Shown: positions 20,213-32,022 of the stretch, one piece after another | How the letters are laid out: each line of letters starts with the position of its first letter | How positions within the stretch are numbered: position 1 is the first letter of the stretch | From: an uncultured virus (IMG/VR IMGVR_UViG_3300022936_000008) | Taxonomy: Duplodnaviria > Heunggongvirae > Uroviricota > Caudoviricetes | Reading direction: 5' to 3' (one strand) | Virus record (IMG/VR): IMGVR_UViG_3300022936_000008 | Length of the DNA stretch: 64,000 nt | Program-made: the position numbers and the translations under genes | The notes under the pieces: generated by a model | Told to the model about the DNA's origin: nothing | Seen by the model: only the letters and a program-made list of their open reading frames with translations | The model's database searches: none

Positions 20213-22609
20213 ATGGAAGATAAACCGTTAGTAATAGATATTGAAACTTCAGGCTTATTAGCGGACATGTTGGATTACAGCTCTTTTCCATACAAATTAA
20301 AATCAGACGCGAAGCTGTGGTGTGTTGTAGTAAGGAATATTAGAACAGGTGAAGTATTTACTGCTGTAAAGGAAGAAGTTACCGCAGAATGGTTAAAAAC
20401 AGTTACTGTGGGATGCACTCACCTAATTGGACACAACGCAATAAAATTTGATTTTATCACACTTAAACTATTTGGTGTTTTAGATTACAAAGTTGGGTAT
20501 CTTGGTGAAGACGATTTACTATTTGGAAATCCCGTGAAAATAGTGGACACTTTGATACTATCACGTTTATTTAATCCAGACAGACATCTGGGACATAGTT
20601 TGTACAGTTGGGGTGTCCGGGTAAATAATTTTAAAATCGGTTTCAGGGAACAATGCATTGAATTGGGTATCATAGAAAAAAATTCTCCGAAAGGCTCAGA
20701 GTTTCTTCAATGGTCAGATATAATGTTAGACTATTGTATTGGAGATACAAGTACAAATGCTGACACTTTTTTTGCGCTAGTGGCTGAGATGATGGAGTAC
20801 AACAAATGGGGGCAGGCTATTAAGATGGAAAACAAGCTTGCTGATTTAGCCATTCGCAGAGAATCTTTAGGTTTTTGGTTTGATAAAGACTTAGCTTTGA
20901 AATGCATTGATGACCTTACACAGAAAATGGAAGAGTTGCAAAACAAAGTTAATCCGATTCTTCCTAAAAAACCGATGACAAAAAGTGAGTTAGGGGAATT
21001 TACGCCGCCAAAAACACAAGTGACAAAAGACGGTAATCCGTCAAGTTACTTATTAAGATTTGCTGAGAGAGTTGGCGGTGAAATTGTGACGTTTGATAAA
21101 AAACTAATGTTTAGGTATAAAGAAGAAATCATACCAATTCCATTTGAAGAGCCATTAGAGACCCATAAGGAAGCTGATATTAGTAATTTGGATCATGTAA
21201 AAAGCACTTTGATTGATGATTACGGTTGGATACCTGTTGAGTGGGCTGAAAGAGATTTAACTAAAGACAGTAAGAAGCAAAATATCTCTCTCGAAAAACA
21301 AACAAAAGCTTTAGAACGTTGGTATGAAGAAACAATAGCCGGAAAATATAAAAAACTTAGATTAGAAATAGCTTGCGAAAAATACAAAGCAAATGAAGAA
21401 AATCTTTTAGAGGTTATAAAAAGTAAACTTGGAAGTAAATTCCCTGTTAAGGTGTCTACATCCCCTAAAGTGAGAGTGGGTGTTGAAAAAGAACTGTGCC
21501 CTAATTTAATTAAACTCGGTGAAAGAGTGTCATTTGCAAATGACTTTGCTTTATTTTTAACTTATAAGCACAGGAAATCATCTATTGCAGGGGGAGATCT
21601 TGAAGATGTTGATTATGACAACGAGTATCCAAACACTGGTTTTTTATCTATGTATAGAGAATCAGATGGACGAGTAAGTACACCATCAATTGAAATTGGG
21701 GCGAACACAAATAGGTACAGACACATTGGCATTTGCAATATTTCTCGGCCGACATCTATTTATGGGAAAGAGATGAGGAGTTTATTTGGTTGTGGAAAAG
21801 ATGCCGTTTTTTTCGGTTTCGATTATAGTAGTATTGAAGCCCGTATCATGGCGCATTATGTTTACAAATATAAGGATGGTATTGAGCTGGGTAAAACTTT
21901 TGTAGCTGAAAAGCCAAATGACTTACACACAAAAATGGGGCTGATCATGGACTTACCAAGAAGTGAAGCGAAATCTATTAACTTCGGAATTATTTATGGG
22001 GCGAGTTGGCCTAAAATTAAAAAAATGACGGGGAAGACAGAGCAGCAATCTAAAGATATTGTAGACGGCTTTTGGACAGGAGCTCCAGCATTAAGAGAAT
22101 TTAAGGACAAGGCTGTTGAATACTGGAAAAGCACAGGTAGCAGTTATGTGCCTGCAATAGACGGTAGAAAGATATACATACGAAGTGAGCATAGTATCTG
22201 TAATGCTTTATTTCAGAGTGGCGCAGTTATTTACGCAAAATACATAGCAACAATGTTTATGGAAAAACTTGAAAAAGAGTACGATTTGTGTATAGATCCT
22301 TTCGTAGCGAAGCCAGACGTATGTTGTATGATAGAATATCACGATGAGCAAGACTTGTTTGCCAACCCTAATTTATTTAAATTTAAAGTCTTTGATACTA
22401 AAGAATTTGCCGAAGAGTTTATTAAAAATTGGCAAGGAGAACAATTAAGTGCAATAGGAGAAGCTAAAGGTAAATTTTACGTTGCTTTACCAAATCCGAT
22501 ATCTAAGGCAGTTGCACAATCCATGAGAGAGGCAGAGGAGTTTTTAAAAATAAATGTTACTATGGGGTTTGAGTACATGCTAGGTAGAACTTGGTACGAT
22601 TGTCACTGA
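20213..22609 (+). CDS. polA: DNA polymerase family A (T7-like) with 3'-5' exonuclease domain
   Basis: Exo motifs DIETSG, GHNAIKFD, YCIGD; polymerase motif A FDYSSIEARIMAHY, motif B RSEAKSINFGIIYG, motif C EYHDE. Confidence 0.93.
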   Translation: MEDKPLVIDIETSGLLADMLDYSSFPYKLKSDAKLWCVVVRNIRTGEVFTAVKEEVTAEWLKTVTVGCTHLIGHNAIKFDFITLKLFGVLDYKVGYLGEDDLLFGNPVKIVDTLILSRLFNPDRHLGHSLYSWGVRVNNFKIGFREQCIELGIIEKNSPKGSEFLQWSDIMLDYCIGDTSTNADTFFALVAEMMEYNKWGQAIKMENKLADLAIRRESLGFWFDKDLALKCIDDLTQKMEELQNKVNPILPKKPMTKSELGEFTPPKTQVTKDGNPSSYLLRFAERVGGEIVTFDKKLMFRYKEEIIPIPFEEPLETHKEADISNLDHVKSTLIDDYGWIPVEWAERDLTKDSKKQNISLEKQTKALERWYEETIAGKYKKLRLEIACEKYKANEENLLEVIKSKLGSKFPVKVSTSPKVRVGVEKELCPNLIKLGERVSFANDFALFLTYKHRKSSIAGGDLEDVDYDNEYPNTGFLSMYRESDGRVSTPSIEIGANTNRYRHIGICNISRPTSIYGKEMRSLFGCGKDAVFFGFDYSSIEARIMAHYVYKYKDGIELGKTFVAEKPNDLHTKMGLIMDLPRSEAKSINFGIIYGASWPKIKKMTGKTEQQSKDIVDGFWTGAPALREFKDKAVEYWKSTGSSYVPAIDGRKIYIRSEHSICNALFQSGAVIYAKYIATMFMEKLEKEYDLCIDPFVAKPDVCCMIEYHDEQDLFANPNLFKFKVFDTKEFAEEFIKNWQGEQLSAIGEAKGKFYVALPNPISKAVAQSMREAEEFLKINVTMGFEYMLGRTWYDCH

Positions 22610-22657
22610 TATATTAAAATAATCCACAAAACATAGCTGACATTCAAAATTAATTAT

Positions 22658-22665
22658 TATATTTG
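22658..22665 (+). promoter_or_regulatory. -7 promoter element
   Basis: TATATTTG(CA) in the intergenic region after polA. Confidence 0.65.
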
Positions 22666-22951
22666 CAATAGAAAATAGCTGTTTGCTTTTGCACTTGTGC
22701 TTTTCATCCGGCGGAATTAAAAATTTAAAAATATGAACGACTATTTATTTTATGGGCTTGTTATTTTTTACCTTATAGGTTACCTTATACATTTTAGTTA
22801 GACTATTCATCAAAGGTGATGACCACCTAGTGGACGGGTGGGCTAAAGTTTTTGTAGCGGCCTATTTTTCACTCTTATCTTGGATTGCTATAATTTTGCA
22901 TTTTACTTTCACTACTAAATCTAAACCGCCTAAATGGCTAACTGGTAAATA

Positions 22952-25521
22952 ATGAGAAAATTCACTTTAGAACAGTACAAGCAAATGTCTGCCTCTTTTA
23001 ATAAGAAGCCTTTTTCTTTAAAAATTAAACTGCTTCAAGAGAATTCAGATATTTTAGTTTTAGCCTGCGATTATAATTGGTGGGGAGTTAAGGTGCGGGA
23101 CAAAGAAATACAAGAACAGCTTTATGAGTTGGATGAACAGTTTACAATTACAAGTGAGTGGGGATATAACGAGATGAGCGATTTAATTGGATTATTGGGA
23201 TTAGAAATGACTGATATATGAAATACTTAGCACTTATTATCTGGATGTTTTTTACTGTTGTTTTAGCTTGTAGTGTTGTTGGTTTGTTTCTTCTTATGCC
23301 GCAACAAAATTACACAAGTTATCATAAGTCTCATTTAAGTGAAGCTGACTATTTTTCTGCCGCGAAAAAATGGAAAAAGATACTATCAAATGATACCATT
23401 GAGGTTTTTATCCGCGACATTTTAAAAGGTAAACAATTAGAATTTAAAGAGCTTTATTAATTATGTGGACAACAGCAATTATTTTAGCAATTATTCTTTG
23501 GGCTTTGATTAGTTCGGATGATGACGGTAACTTAAGTTTATGACAGTTTTGTTTATTTTAGCTGTTCTTATATTTATTGCCGGAATTATTTGGGCAGTTA
23601 AAGAATATTACGTACCTTTGTGGCTGACATATTCGTTTTTAGCCGTTTGTTTTTTATTTGCGGCGGTTTATTTAATTAATTTATTTTTATGAAACATCCT
23701 ATTATATATGTAAATCCTGATAATGAAGAGTATGGAGATTTTGACCAAATAAAAAACGGTTTGACTTCTTGGTCAGATAACAGAGAAAACAGTTCAGATA
23801 TTCTGTATATGGCGACAAGTTATTTAGTAACTAATTTATCTCGTCGTATAGAGAATTTAAATAAAGAAATATCTAACACAACATCCACAACGATGTCTGG
23901 CGGTAAAAAACTCAATAGGCTTCGCGGAATTAAAAAAGAATTATCAGAATGGATACTATCAATACAATCACTATGACACACGACTATTACTTAATAGCCT
24001 ACCGCCAAATAGAAAAAGAGGCAAATGATAAAAAATTTGAACTCAAAAAAGAATTTGTAAGAATAAACAATCTACAAAAAAGGCGATGTTATCTCAGATC
24101 ATTATAAAACAATAGAAATTACAGGTGTTAATTCAATAGCAACTGACTTCGATTCTGTTCTCCCATACGCTGTTTATCAGGGAATTGTTCTTAAAAAAGA
24201 TGGTACTCCTGCTAAAAATCAAAGTGATAATGTTGTTCACCAAATAAATATTAAGAAAGATGAAAATAAATCCGATTAAAATTCCACTCGATTGGGATGT
24301 AGATTCTGGTAGTTTCCAAGGTGACTTGGATATATCTGTAGATAATTATCTTATTTCATTCTTCGTTTCAATAACTGTTGAATGTATCCGTCAAACACCT
24401 TTGGATTACGATTCGCCGCCGGAAGAAAAATGCACAGAAGAAATATATGTAGATAATATTCGCATATGGAATGAAGATGGAGAAACAATTGAATTACCTA
24501 CAGAAGATTTAGAACAAGACTTAACAGAAGCTATTATATGGGAATGACAAATAAGCAGAAGATTTATGCAGGAATTTATTTAACAGTTGTTTGTTTTGTA
24601 GCTTTATGCTTTTCTTTGTGGCTTGTGTTTTCTTTCCCGCCGAAATAAATAAATAAATTATGAAAAATATGGAAACGGCTTACCGTGCAATTCAAAATCC
24701 AGAGGGAACAATTGAACTTCACGATTTATACAAAGATGATGGTAGTTTTAGCTATGAGCCTTGTTTGGAATTTAAAAATGTTGAATTTGATAATTATTGG
24801 GATAATTCTAAATATTTATTAGATTTATTTAAACAACTAAAATCAGGCAAAACTAAAGAATTTAAACATTTTTGTATAGAGAATAATCTTGACTATAAAA
24901 GCACTAAAAAACAATTGCTTTCAATCTATAAAACTTCTAAACACTTAAATTTCTGGAATGGCAAAAATAGAACTGAATAACCAACAATTACAACTTATCC
25001 AAAAAGCTTTAGATTTTTACATCCGTGTGGGTATAGGTCAATTCACAGTGATAAAAGACCACCCAACATTTGAAAGATATTTAGATAACTTTTGCCGCCC
25101 ACAAAAAACACCAGAGGCCGGAGATAGAACACCACAAGGAGAAATCTTAGAAATTAAAAACGGCAAAGCTCTAATTAACGGCTCTGTTAAAGATGGAATG
25201 TGGTGTAAAGATAAAAAATGGATTAAATTGAAAGATGTAGTTTTGTCTACGGATTATTCACTTTATCACGCAATAAGAGAAGAAGCTGACAACATATTAA
25301 CTGATGGAAGAAATGAACTTATTAAAGACTTCTCGGTAGGTAAAAATGGAAGTTGGGGCATCTATAATCCAAATGTAGATAAAAGCTGTGTAGAAGCCTT
25401 TGATTTGATTCAGATTATACGTCACGAATTCTGGAAAAAACGTGGAAAAAATGATTACGGAGTTGATGCTTATTTGTATTTAAAAGGTTGTGGTAATGTA
25501 AAAGTGGAAGTGGATGATTGA
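22952..25521 (+). other. Array of small hypothetical ORFs, several hydrophobic
   Basis: ORFs 22952, 23218, 23689, 24260, 24660, 24958 plus sub-60-aa membrane peptides. Confidence 0.55.
23973..24279 (+). pseudogene. Frameshifted small phage gene
   Basis: MTHDYY...VRINN in frame 0 continues as YKKGDVISDHYKTIE...YQGIVLKKDGTPAK in the +1 frame from 24073. Confidence 0.6.
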
Positions 25522-26431
25522 TTATAACAAAATTCGTTTTCAGTATTTCCCTGCAAAAGTTTATGACACAACTGTTTTAGGTACTGTTTCTTTAGCGGAT
25601 TTTATAGAAGCCCATAGAAATCCCAAACCTGAAATTCTTGAAGTTTTTAAACAAATAGAAATCGCCGCGCAAAAAAATGACCTCAAACTAAAAGATAGCC
25701 TAAAGGCAAATAATCTATACTACTTCACTGTATCGGTTTTATTAAATGGCGGGCGTACCTATCAACATATCGAAGAATTTCTTCCGCTTATGATGTTTGA
25801 ATTTGACAAGATAGATCACGCAGAAGAATTAAAACAGTTTTTATTTGAAAGAATGGATTGCTGTATTGCTGCATATCTAAGTCCGTCTAAACGAGGATTA
25901 AAACTTCTAATTCACACTGATACACCTACATCAATTGACGATTATAAACTTTTGTATTGTGGAATGGCTTATCATCTAAGTAAATATGAAGGCTTTGATG
26001 GAGTGAATTTTAATGCCGTAATCCCAACTTTTCTCAGCTACGATAAAAATATTTTAGTAAGACCCGCAGAAGATGTAAAAGCTTGGACTATTCGCGGCGG
26101 AAAAATAAATGCTTTTAAGCCTTTTGTGGGAGAATTTGAGGCAATTGAAAATATTTCTCCTGAAGATAGAGAAGCTGTTGAATCGATGGTTACTTATTGT
26201 ATTAATAGGATTACTTCGGACGGTCATAATTCAGTCGTTTCGACGGCAGCGGCGTTAGGTGGGTATATTGCCTCGTCTTATATAGATTTTGAAGATGCTC
26301 AGGCTTTAATTTATGACTTAATTGCCAATAATGATTATCTATCCAAAGGAATAAAAGGTTATCAAAAAACAGCGACAACAATGATGTTAAGAGGAATGTC
26401 CTCTCCGTTAAAATTAAAGCACCATGAATAA
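25514..26431 (+). CDS. BT4734/VirE N-terminal-like (primase-polymerase-type) protein
   Basis: LKANNLYYFTVS, MMFEFDKID, YLSPSKRGLKLLI, FLSYDKNI. Confidence 0.65.
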   Translation: MIDYNKIRFQYFPAKVYDTTVLGTVSLADFIEAHRNPKPEILEVFKQIEIAAQKNDLKLKDSLKANNLYYFTVSVLLNGGRTYQHIEEFLPLMMFEFDKIDHAEELKQFLFERMDCCIAAYLSPSKRGLKLLIHTDTPTSIDDYKLLYCGMAYHLSKYEGFDGVNFNAVIPTFLSYDKNILVRPAEDVKAWTIRGGKINAFKPFVGEFEAIENISPEDREAVESMVTYCINRITSDGHNSVVSTAAALGGYIASSYIDFEDAQALIYDLIANNDYLSKGIKGYQKTATTMMLRGMSSPLKLKHHE

Positions 26432-26561
26432 GTTTTTAAAACAAGATTTTATACAGAAATATTTTCTATGTTGCCGAAAATGTGTATTTGAAATTCGCCG
26501 GGCAAAAACCCAAACACCGCATCAAAAAAGAATAAATATTATAGCAATTAAAGCGTAGCGT

Positions 26562-27719
26562 ATGAAAAAATTTAAAATAACAACAATAGACGGTCAAGAA
26601 CAAGATATAAGAACACTTTTAAAACAACAGCTAAAACTTAATATTGTAGATGCTGCTTTATTTGACACTCTTGTAAATGAATCTAAAGAAGATAAAATTG
26701 CTGCAATGCTTGAATGGATTCCTGATGATGATATTGCTTATTATGCCTCAAAAAATTTAGGATTAATTGAAGAGGACGAGGCTATTGAAAATGCAAGTAA
26801 AAGTGAGTTAAAAGATGCTCTACGTAATAGGGGTTTCGTTTTTTATCCGGCTATTGAAGACATTGATGATGAAGAAATTAGTGAAGAATTTTACGCACGA
26901 GGATTAGATAGATTTGAAGATAATGTATCTATAGATTTAGTAGACCAAAACATGCTTGAAGATATTAAAAATAAATTTAATAATGCCAATTGGCAAGAAC
27001 GTAAAGAATTATGGGAGAAAGTGAAATAGTTAAAGGTTCTAAAATATTAGCCACTTATTTAGGTTGGCATTATGTCCCATCAAATAATTTAGGGGAGTAT
27101 AAAAAGGCAGGTTGGTACAGTAGGCACTCTCCTGTTTATAATTTAAAAGTACAAGGGAATTATATAGGCAGGCATCACACAAACTTGACATTTTATAATT
27201 CTTTTGACAGCTTATTTAAAGTTATAGACAAGCTTGAAAAAGAGGATTTGAAAGATTATTTATATATCTGGACAAATTCCGAAGGAGATATAGGATACAA
27301 TTTTCAAGGAGTTAGAGTGGATAGGTTCAATGGAGTGTGGGATGTAAGTGTTGAATTACAACTTGACCCAGATATTGACATATCAAATCACGAAAAGTAT
27401 AAAGATTTGCCAGAGAAAGAACAGTTGTTTTGGAACTTGGTAGATGCTGTAAAATGGGTTAATAATTTAAAATTAAACTCTAATGGCAAAAATAATTCCA
27501 ACTAAACTAGAACTGTTTGTTATCCATTTTAACAATCGACCACTCCACATGGCAACAAATCGTTATGGGCAGTGGAAACCTACTAAGAAAATATATTTCA
27601 CTCAAAGTGCCGCAAAATCTGGACTAAGATTTATTCCTGAAGTTATTAGAGACAGTTGTGAAATTGTAAAATATGTGCCGGATAACTTCATTAATTCAGA
27701 GTCTTATGGGTATGAGTAA
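26562..27719 (+). other. Three hypothetical ORFs (26562-27029, 27011-27505, 27483-27719)
   Basis: Coupled ORFs. Confidence 0.6.
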
Positions 27720-27741
27720 TATAAAAACAAATAAACATTAA

Positions 27742-28095
27742 ATGAAAAATAAAATAAAAGAAGCGTTAACTGCTTCTGGTTTAAAACACATACTACTCTT
27801 ATCAGAAGGATGGTTAGTAGGAAATGCTATAAATTCAATTGAACAGGGTGATGATGTAAAAGATTATGATGTTATTGTACCATCAAGAGAACTTTTTCAA
27901 AAAACAGTAGCTGTTCTTTCTTACACCTATGCTATGAGTACTTCTTCTTATGGTGGACTACGCTTTAAAGTAGGGGATGTTTACTTAGACATTTGGTGTG
28001 AGGAATTATCTCATTTTTTATTGTCGGCGAATAGAATAACATACGTTTATAATTTAACTAAAAATATTTTACTGAAGAATGGCTACAACCTATAA
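27742..28095 (+). CDS. Minimal Pol-beta nucleotidyltransferase (poly(A) polymerase / CCA-head-like)
   Basis: WLVGNAI...VKDYDVIV...SSYGGL...LDIW. Confidence 0.55.
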   Translation: MKNKIKEALTASGLKHILLLSEGWLVGNAINSIEQGDDVKDYDVIVPSRELFQKTVAVLSYTYAMSTSSYGGLRFKVGDVYLDIWCEELSHFLLSANRITYVYNLTKNILLKNGYNL

Positions 28096-29662
28096 AGAGT
28101 TAACTCCCGAAGAAATAGAGTATTTAAAACACGTTTACTACTTAGATGTTTCCCATAAAGAAAAAATGGAAATTCTTTGTAAAAAATTTGAAATAGGTGA
28201 AAGAACAGTTCGTAAGTGGTTTTTGAAGTTCGGGCTTACAAAGTCTGTTTCTAATTTACCACCACAATTAAAAAAGGCACAGGACAGGGCTTTAGAAAAA
28301 GACACTAAAATATTACTTGTAACTGCCGCGCAAAATAAAACAGCTATAAATCAAGATTTCTTTGCAAATTTAAAAACTTACCAAGACTATATACAAACGG
28401 TTTTAGGTAAAAAAACAGAAATTGTAATTATTCCATCCAAGTATCGTAATCCTACCTCAAATGTAGAAGATAAGAAAACTAAAGCTAATGATTGGTGGGC
28501 AGATGAAATTGAAAATTATCTTTTTTATGGAAAACTTGATTTTAAAGGTACGTTGGTTAGCTGCGACTCCCGAATATCTCCAACAGCGAAAGAGCCTACA
28601 ATGGGTTATGAGATTTTAGCAAGTAATAATCACCTTGTTTTAGCACATTCAAAAATACACTTTAAAACACTACCTCGTTTTAGAAAAGAGCCTTTAAGAT
28701 GTATTACTACAACAGGTTATATGACTTCTAAAAACTATTCTTTATCTAAAGCAGGTGAAGTTGCCTTTGAGAATCACGCCTATGGGTTTGTAGTTGTTGA
28801 GGAGGGCGTTTGTCCTCGCAATGTAAAAGTTAAATCAGACGGAAGTTTTACAGATATTATTTATTCAACAAAAGATGGGCAAACGTCTAAAATTGAAAAC
28901 TCTTTAGGTTTTGTCTGGGGAGACATCCACGCCCGGGTTATAAACAGAGATTTCCTGAATGAAACTAAAAAATTAGTGGCACTATTAAATCCAGAAAAGA
29001 GTGTTTTACATGACGTTTTCGACGGATCTTCCATAAATCCCCACGAGAGTAAAGATATGTTTATACAACGTCTAAAAATAACTCAAAACAAGCATTTGCT
29101 GGAAGATGAAGTTACAGAATGTTTAGACTTAATTGAAGAGATAAAAGGTTGCTGTGGAGAAGTTTGGATTTCAGAGGCTAACCACGATAATTTTCTTTCT
29201 CGTCACATTGATGATGTCAATTGGAAAAAAGATTTACACAATAGTCCTGCGTATTTAAAATATGCTTACATACAACAAACAGTTGATTTGCGTGAGTATG
29301 GTAATATTTTAGGATATTTGATTAATCAGAGATTTGGAGATTCTGTTAAATATATGAAAATGGGTGATTCTATGTATATAGCTGACTACCAATGTGCTTT
29401 ACATAATGATTTTGGGGCAAATGGCAGTAAAGGATCGACTAAAGGTTTTGGAAGAATGAATTTAAAGTTAATCGGCGGTCACTCGCACAGCCCTATGTTA
29501 TATAATAATGTCACGACAGTTGGAGTTTCGTGTGATTTGGAACAGTGGTATAACCGAAAAGGTCTTAGTAGTTGGGCGTATGCTCACTCTGTAATTCACG
29601 ATAATGGTAAAAATCAATTACTAGTTTTTACAGATGATTATAAGTTATCTAATTTAATTTAA
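28079..29662 (+). CDS. Calcineurin-like metallophosphoesterase with N-terminal HTH (T5 A1-like)
   Basis: HTH (KFEIGERTVRKW); VTAAQN; WGDIH, HDVFDG, ANHD, GGHSHSP metallophosphoesterase motifs. Confidence 0.7.
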   Translation: MATTYKELTPEEIEYLKHVYYLDVSHKEKMEILCKKFEIGERTVRKWFLKFGLTKSVSNLPPQLKKAQDRALEKDTKILLVTAAQNKTAINQDFFANLKTYQDYIQTVLGKKTEIVIIPSKYRNPTSNVEDKKTKANDWWADEIENYLFYGKLDFKGTLVSCDSRISPTAKEPTMGYEILASNNHLVLAHSKIHFKTLPRFRKEPLRCITTTGYMTSKNYSLSKAGEVAFENHAYGFVVVEEGVCPRNVKVKSDGSFTDIIYSTKDGQTSKIENSLGFVWGDIHARVINRDFLNETKKLVALLNPEKSVLHDVFDGSSINPHESKDMFIQRLKITQNKHLLEDEVTECLDLIEEIKGCCGEVWISEANHDNFLSRHIDDVNWKKDLHNSPAYLKYAYIQQTVDLREYGNILGYLINQRFGDSVKYMKMGDSMYIADYQCALHNDFGANGSKGSTKGFGRMNLKLIGGHSHSPMLYNNVTTVGVSCDLEQWYNRKGLSSWAYAHSVIHDNGKNQLLVFTDDYKLSNLI

Positions 29663-29668
29663 ATACCT

Positions 29669-29708
29669 AATCCTCATCATCAAAAGATTTTGGGGATTTT
29701 TCTTTTTT
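29669..29708 (+). terminator. Probable intrinsic terminator
   Basis: AATCCTCA...TGGGGATT stem followed by a T-rich tract. Confidence 0.55.
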
Positions 29709-29718
29709 ATGCCGAATT

Positions 29719-29735
29719 TTAATCTTATATTTGCA
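29719..29735 (+). promoter_or_regulatory. -7 promoter element just upstream of an ATG
   Basis: TTAATCTTATATTTGCA; ATG at 29738. Confidence 0.7.
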
Positions 29736-29880
29736 ATATGAAAACAGATTTCCTTTTTACAATCACAGCTCTCTGCATTTTTATAGTGTGTGGGCACATC
29801 GGCTTTTATGCTACTATGACTATTAGTTTTTATTTAGCTGTTAAACATACTGAACTTATTATTAACAAATTAATGAAATT

Positions 29881-30081
29881 ATGAAAAAATTATTTTTAGC
29901 TGTTCTTGTTTCTTTTGCGGCAATTTCGTGTCACAATGTAAAAAATGAGCCTATTACTGTAAACTCCATAGAAGCGTCTGACAATGAAAATTTTATCTAC
30001 AGAGTAGAGTTGGACTTTTACCCGGCGGATCAAATACTATACACTAACACTCCCTATAAAGTTGGAGATACTTTAAAATAA
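29881..30081 (+). CDS. Small putative lipoprotein
   Basis: MKKLFLAVLVSFAAISC lipobox-type signal. Confidence 0.6.
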   Translation: MKKLFLAVLVSFAAISCHNVKNEPITVNSIEASDNENFIYRVELDFYPADQILYTNTPYKVGDTLK

Positions 30082-30084
30082 GAA

Positions 30085-30962
30085 ATGGACATACTAAATA
30101 ATTACGAAGCTGCTGTAAAGGCTATTGCAAATCATGTTGGATATGAGGCTGATTTTGAAGCTTTTGGAGCGAATGGAGTAGAAATAGATCGTGTTTCTCT
30201 TTTCACTGTTGCTGATGATTCAGTTGGGTGGGCTGAAACTATTGAGGATTTAACTGAGCAAGATGGAGACTACTATGAAGAAGAAATCAGAGGTTTTTAT
30301 AGAGGTGAGGTTTTTTCTGCGGCGTTAATTGACTTCCAAAGAGAGAAGTATTGGAGAATATTTATGACTAAAAACGAAATCAAATAAAGCCAATTTATCA
30401 AAAATGGCGCAAATAAACCAACTATGAAAACAGTAGAAGAATTTTTTAAAGGTGTCAATAAGCATAAAGACTATTTAAACGTAGCTTGCGCTTTTGCCAA
30501 AATGCATGTTTTTGAAGCTTTAAAATCGGCGGTGGAAAAAGCTGAGATTAACCAAGATAATTGTTATTTTGAAGCAGGTTATTGTCATAAAACACACATT
30601 ATCGAAGAATCAATCCTAAACAGTTATAACTTAGAAGATATAAAATGATAAAAGAGGGAAAAATAATTACAGATTTTAAAACACTAGCTGTTTCTAAAGA
30701 CATATTTTGTGACGGAGAACTCCTATATCAATATGTAGAAGATAATGGCTTACACAGCTTGTATTACTTCGAGGGAGCACCTTGGAACTTATCTTGTCAG
30801 GGTAAATTAGCTGTTTCTTTGAGAGATACAGGTGATGATTTGGTTTTTTCTGCCCGGCCACCCAAGAAAATGAACTACTCTTACGCTTCTCAATTGAATA
30901 TTTTATTGAAGCTGTTACATTTAGACAGGAAATTGGAAGTTGGAGAAAGGAAAGAGCTTTAA
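30085..30962 (+). other. Three hypothetical ORFs ending the + arm
   Basis: 30085-30387, 30424-30648, 30645-30962. Confidence 0.6.
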
Positions 30963-30968
30963 ATAACG

Positions 30969-30999
30969 AAGCCCCGGCAATTACGCTAGGGCTTTTTTT
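30969..30999 (+). terminator. Intrinsic terminator where the two transcription arms converge
   Basis: AGCCCCGGC-AATTAC-GCTAGGGCT hairpin followed by a T-run. Confidence 0.75.
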
Positions 31000-31539
31000 G
31001 TATATAGTTTAACACTCTTTCATACTCCCCATACAACCTGAACATATTTTTACCTGTAGGTTTACTTAATCTACTCATTGGATTACCAAGCATTGTTTTA
31101 TATCGTTTAAACTTATCTAAACTACTTACAATCATTGTCCCTCTACATCCTGTATCATGGGAATACAATTTAAAAAACAATTCTTTATCCTTTTTTACGC
31201 CCACCATCAATAAGTCAATAGGTATGTTCAAACCTAAGTAACCTTTTTCTAAGTTTGCATAGTTATTTTCAAAAATTATTTTATAACGGTTGTATCTTTC
31301 CTGTTTCATTTCTCCGGCCATTCTATGTAGCTCCATTGTTCTATTAATATTGCTTCCTCAGGATATACATTTTCCCAACCCTCATCGAAAATTTCTGAAT
31401 GGTCGTCTGTATATCTTTTAAAATACCTGCTCACCTTTGTATAATCCCCACAAAATAAAAGCACTTCGGGTGATTCGTAATATGTCCTGTGTTGTTGGTT
31501 GCATTCGGGTAAGCTGTCTTCTATTTTAGTCCAAATCAT
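30986..31539 (-). other. Two hypothetical ORFs (30986-31336; 31306-31539, DUF551-like WxxxxDxLP start)
   Basis: MIWTKIEDSLPE...WSYIEWPE pattern. Confidence 0.55.
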
Positions 31540-31575
31540 TTCTTTGCTTTATATTGATATTTATTATCTTCCATA

Positions 31576-32022
31576 TTAAAATTTTATTTGTATATCTTCT
31601 CCTTTTTCTTTTTCCGCCATTCTTAAGTATAAGAGTATTGGTGTTAGGTTTGGTAAAATGTTTGGATATTTTTCTATTAATTGTTTGTATGCGCCGCCTT
31701 GCATCTCGAAATAAAATTCAGCTACAGCAGGTGATCTGCTTACACCTATTGCACAGTGCACAACCAATTTCTTACCATAATTTGACATAATGTATTTGTA
31801 CATCTTTTGAGCATCTTCATAGTTGAATGCTTTGTAGCTTCCTATTGATTCAGGAATATCATAAATCCAGAAAGTTTTATAGTTTTCACTATCTTCCCTT
31901 AACGGTTCTTTTTCATCCGGCTGCAATATCGAAATAAAAAATGTATCTTCATATTCGTCTATATTTGGCAGCACTTGGCCTTCAAACTCTTTTTGACTTA
32001 AGATTGTGGGGATTTGAATCAT
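31576..32022 (-). CDS. Cys-based (PTP/dual-specificity) phosphatase
   Basis: VVHCAIGVSRSPAVA, the CX5R motif. Confidence 0.85.
   Translation of the reverse strand: MIQIPTILSQKEFEGQVLPNIDEYEDTFFISILQPDEKEPLREDSENYKTFWIYDIPESIGSYKAFNYEDAQKMYKYIMSNYGKKLVVHCAIGVSRSPAVAEFYFEMQGGAYKQLIEKYPNILPNLTPILLYLRMAEKEKGEDIQIKF

Noticed and set aside
20213..22609. Intein or intron in the DNA polymerase
   Set aside because: Length and motif order are normal for a T7-like PolA; no intein splice motifs or frame break seen
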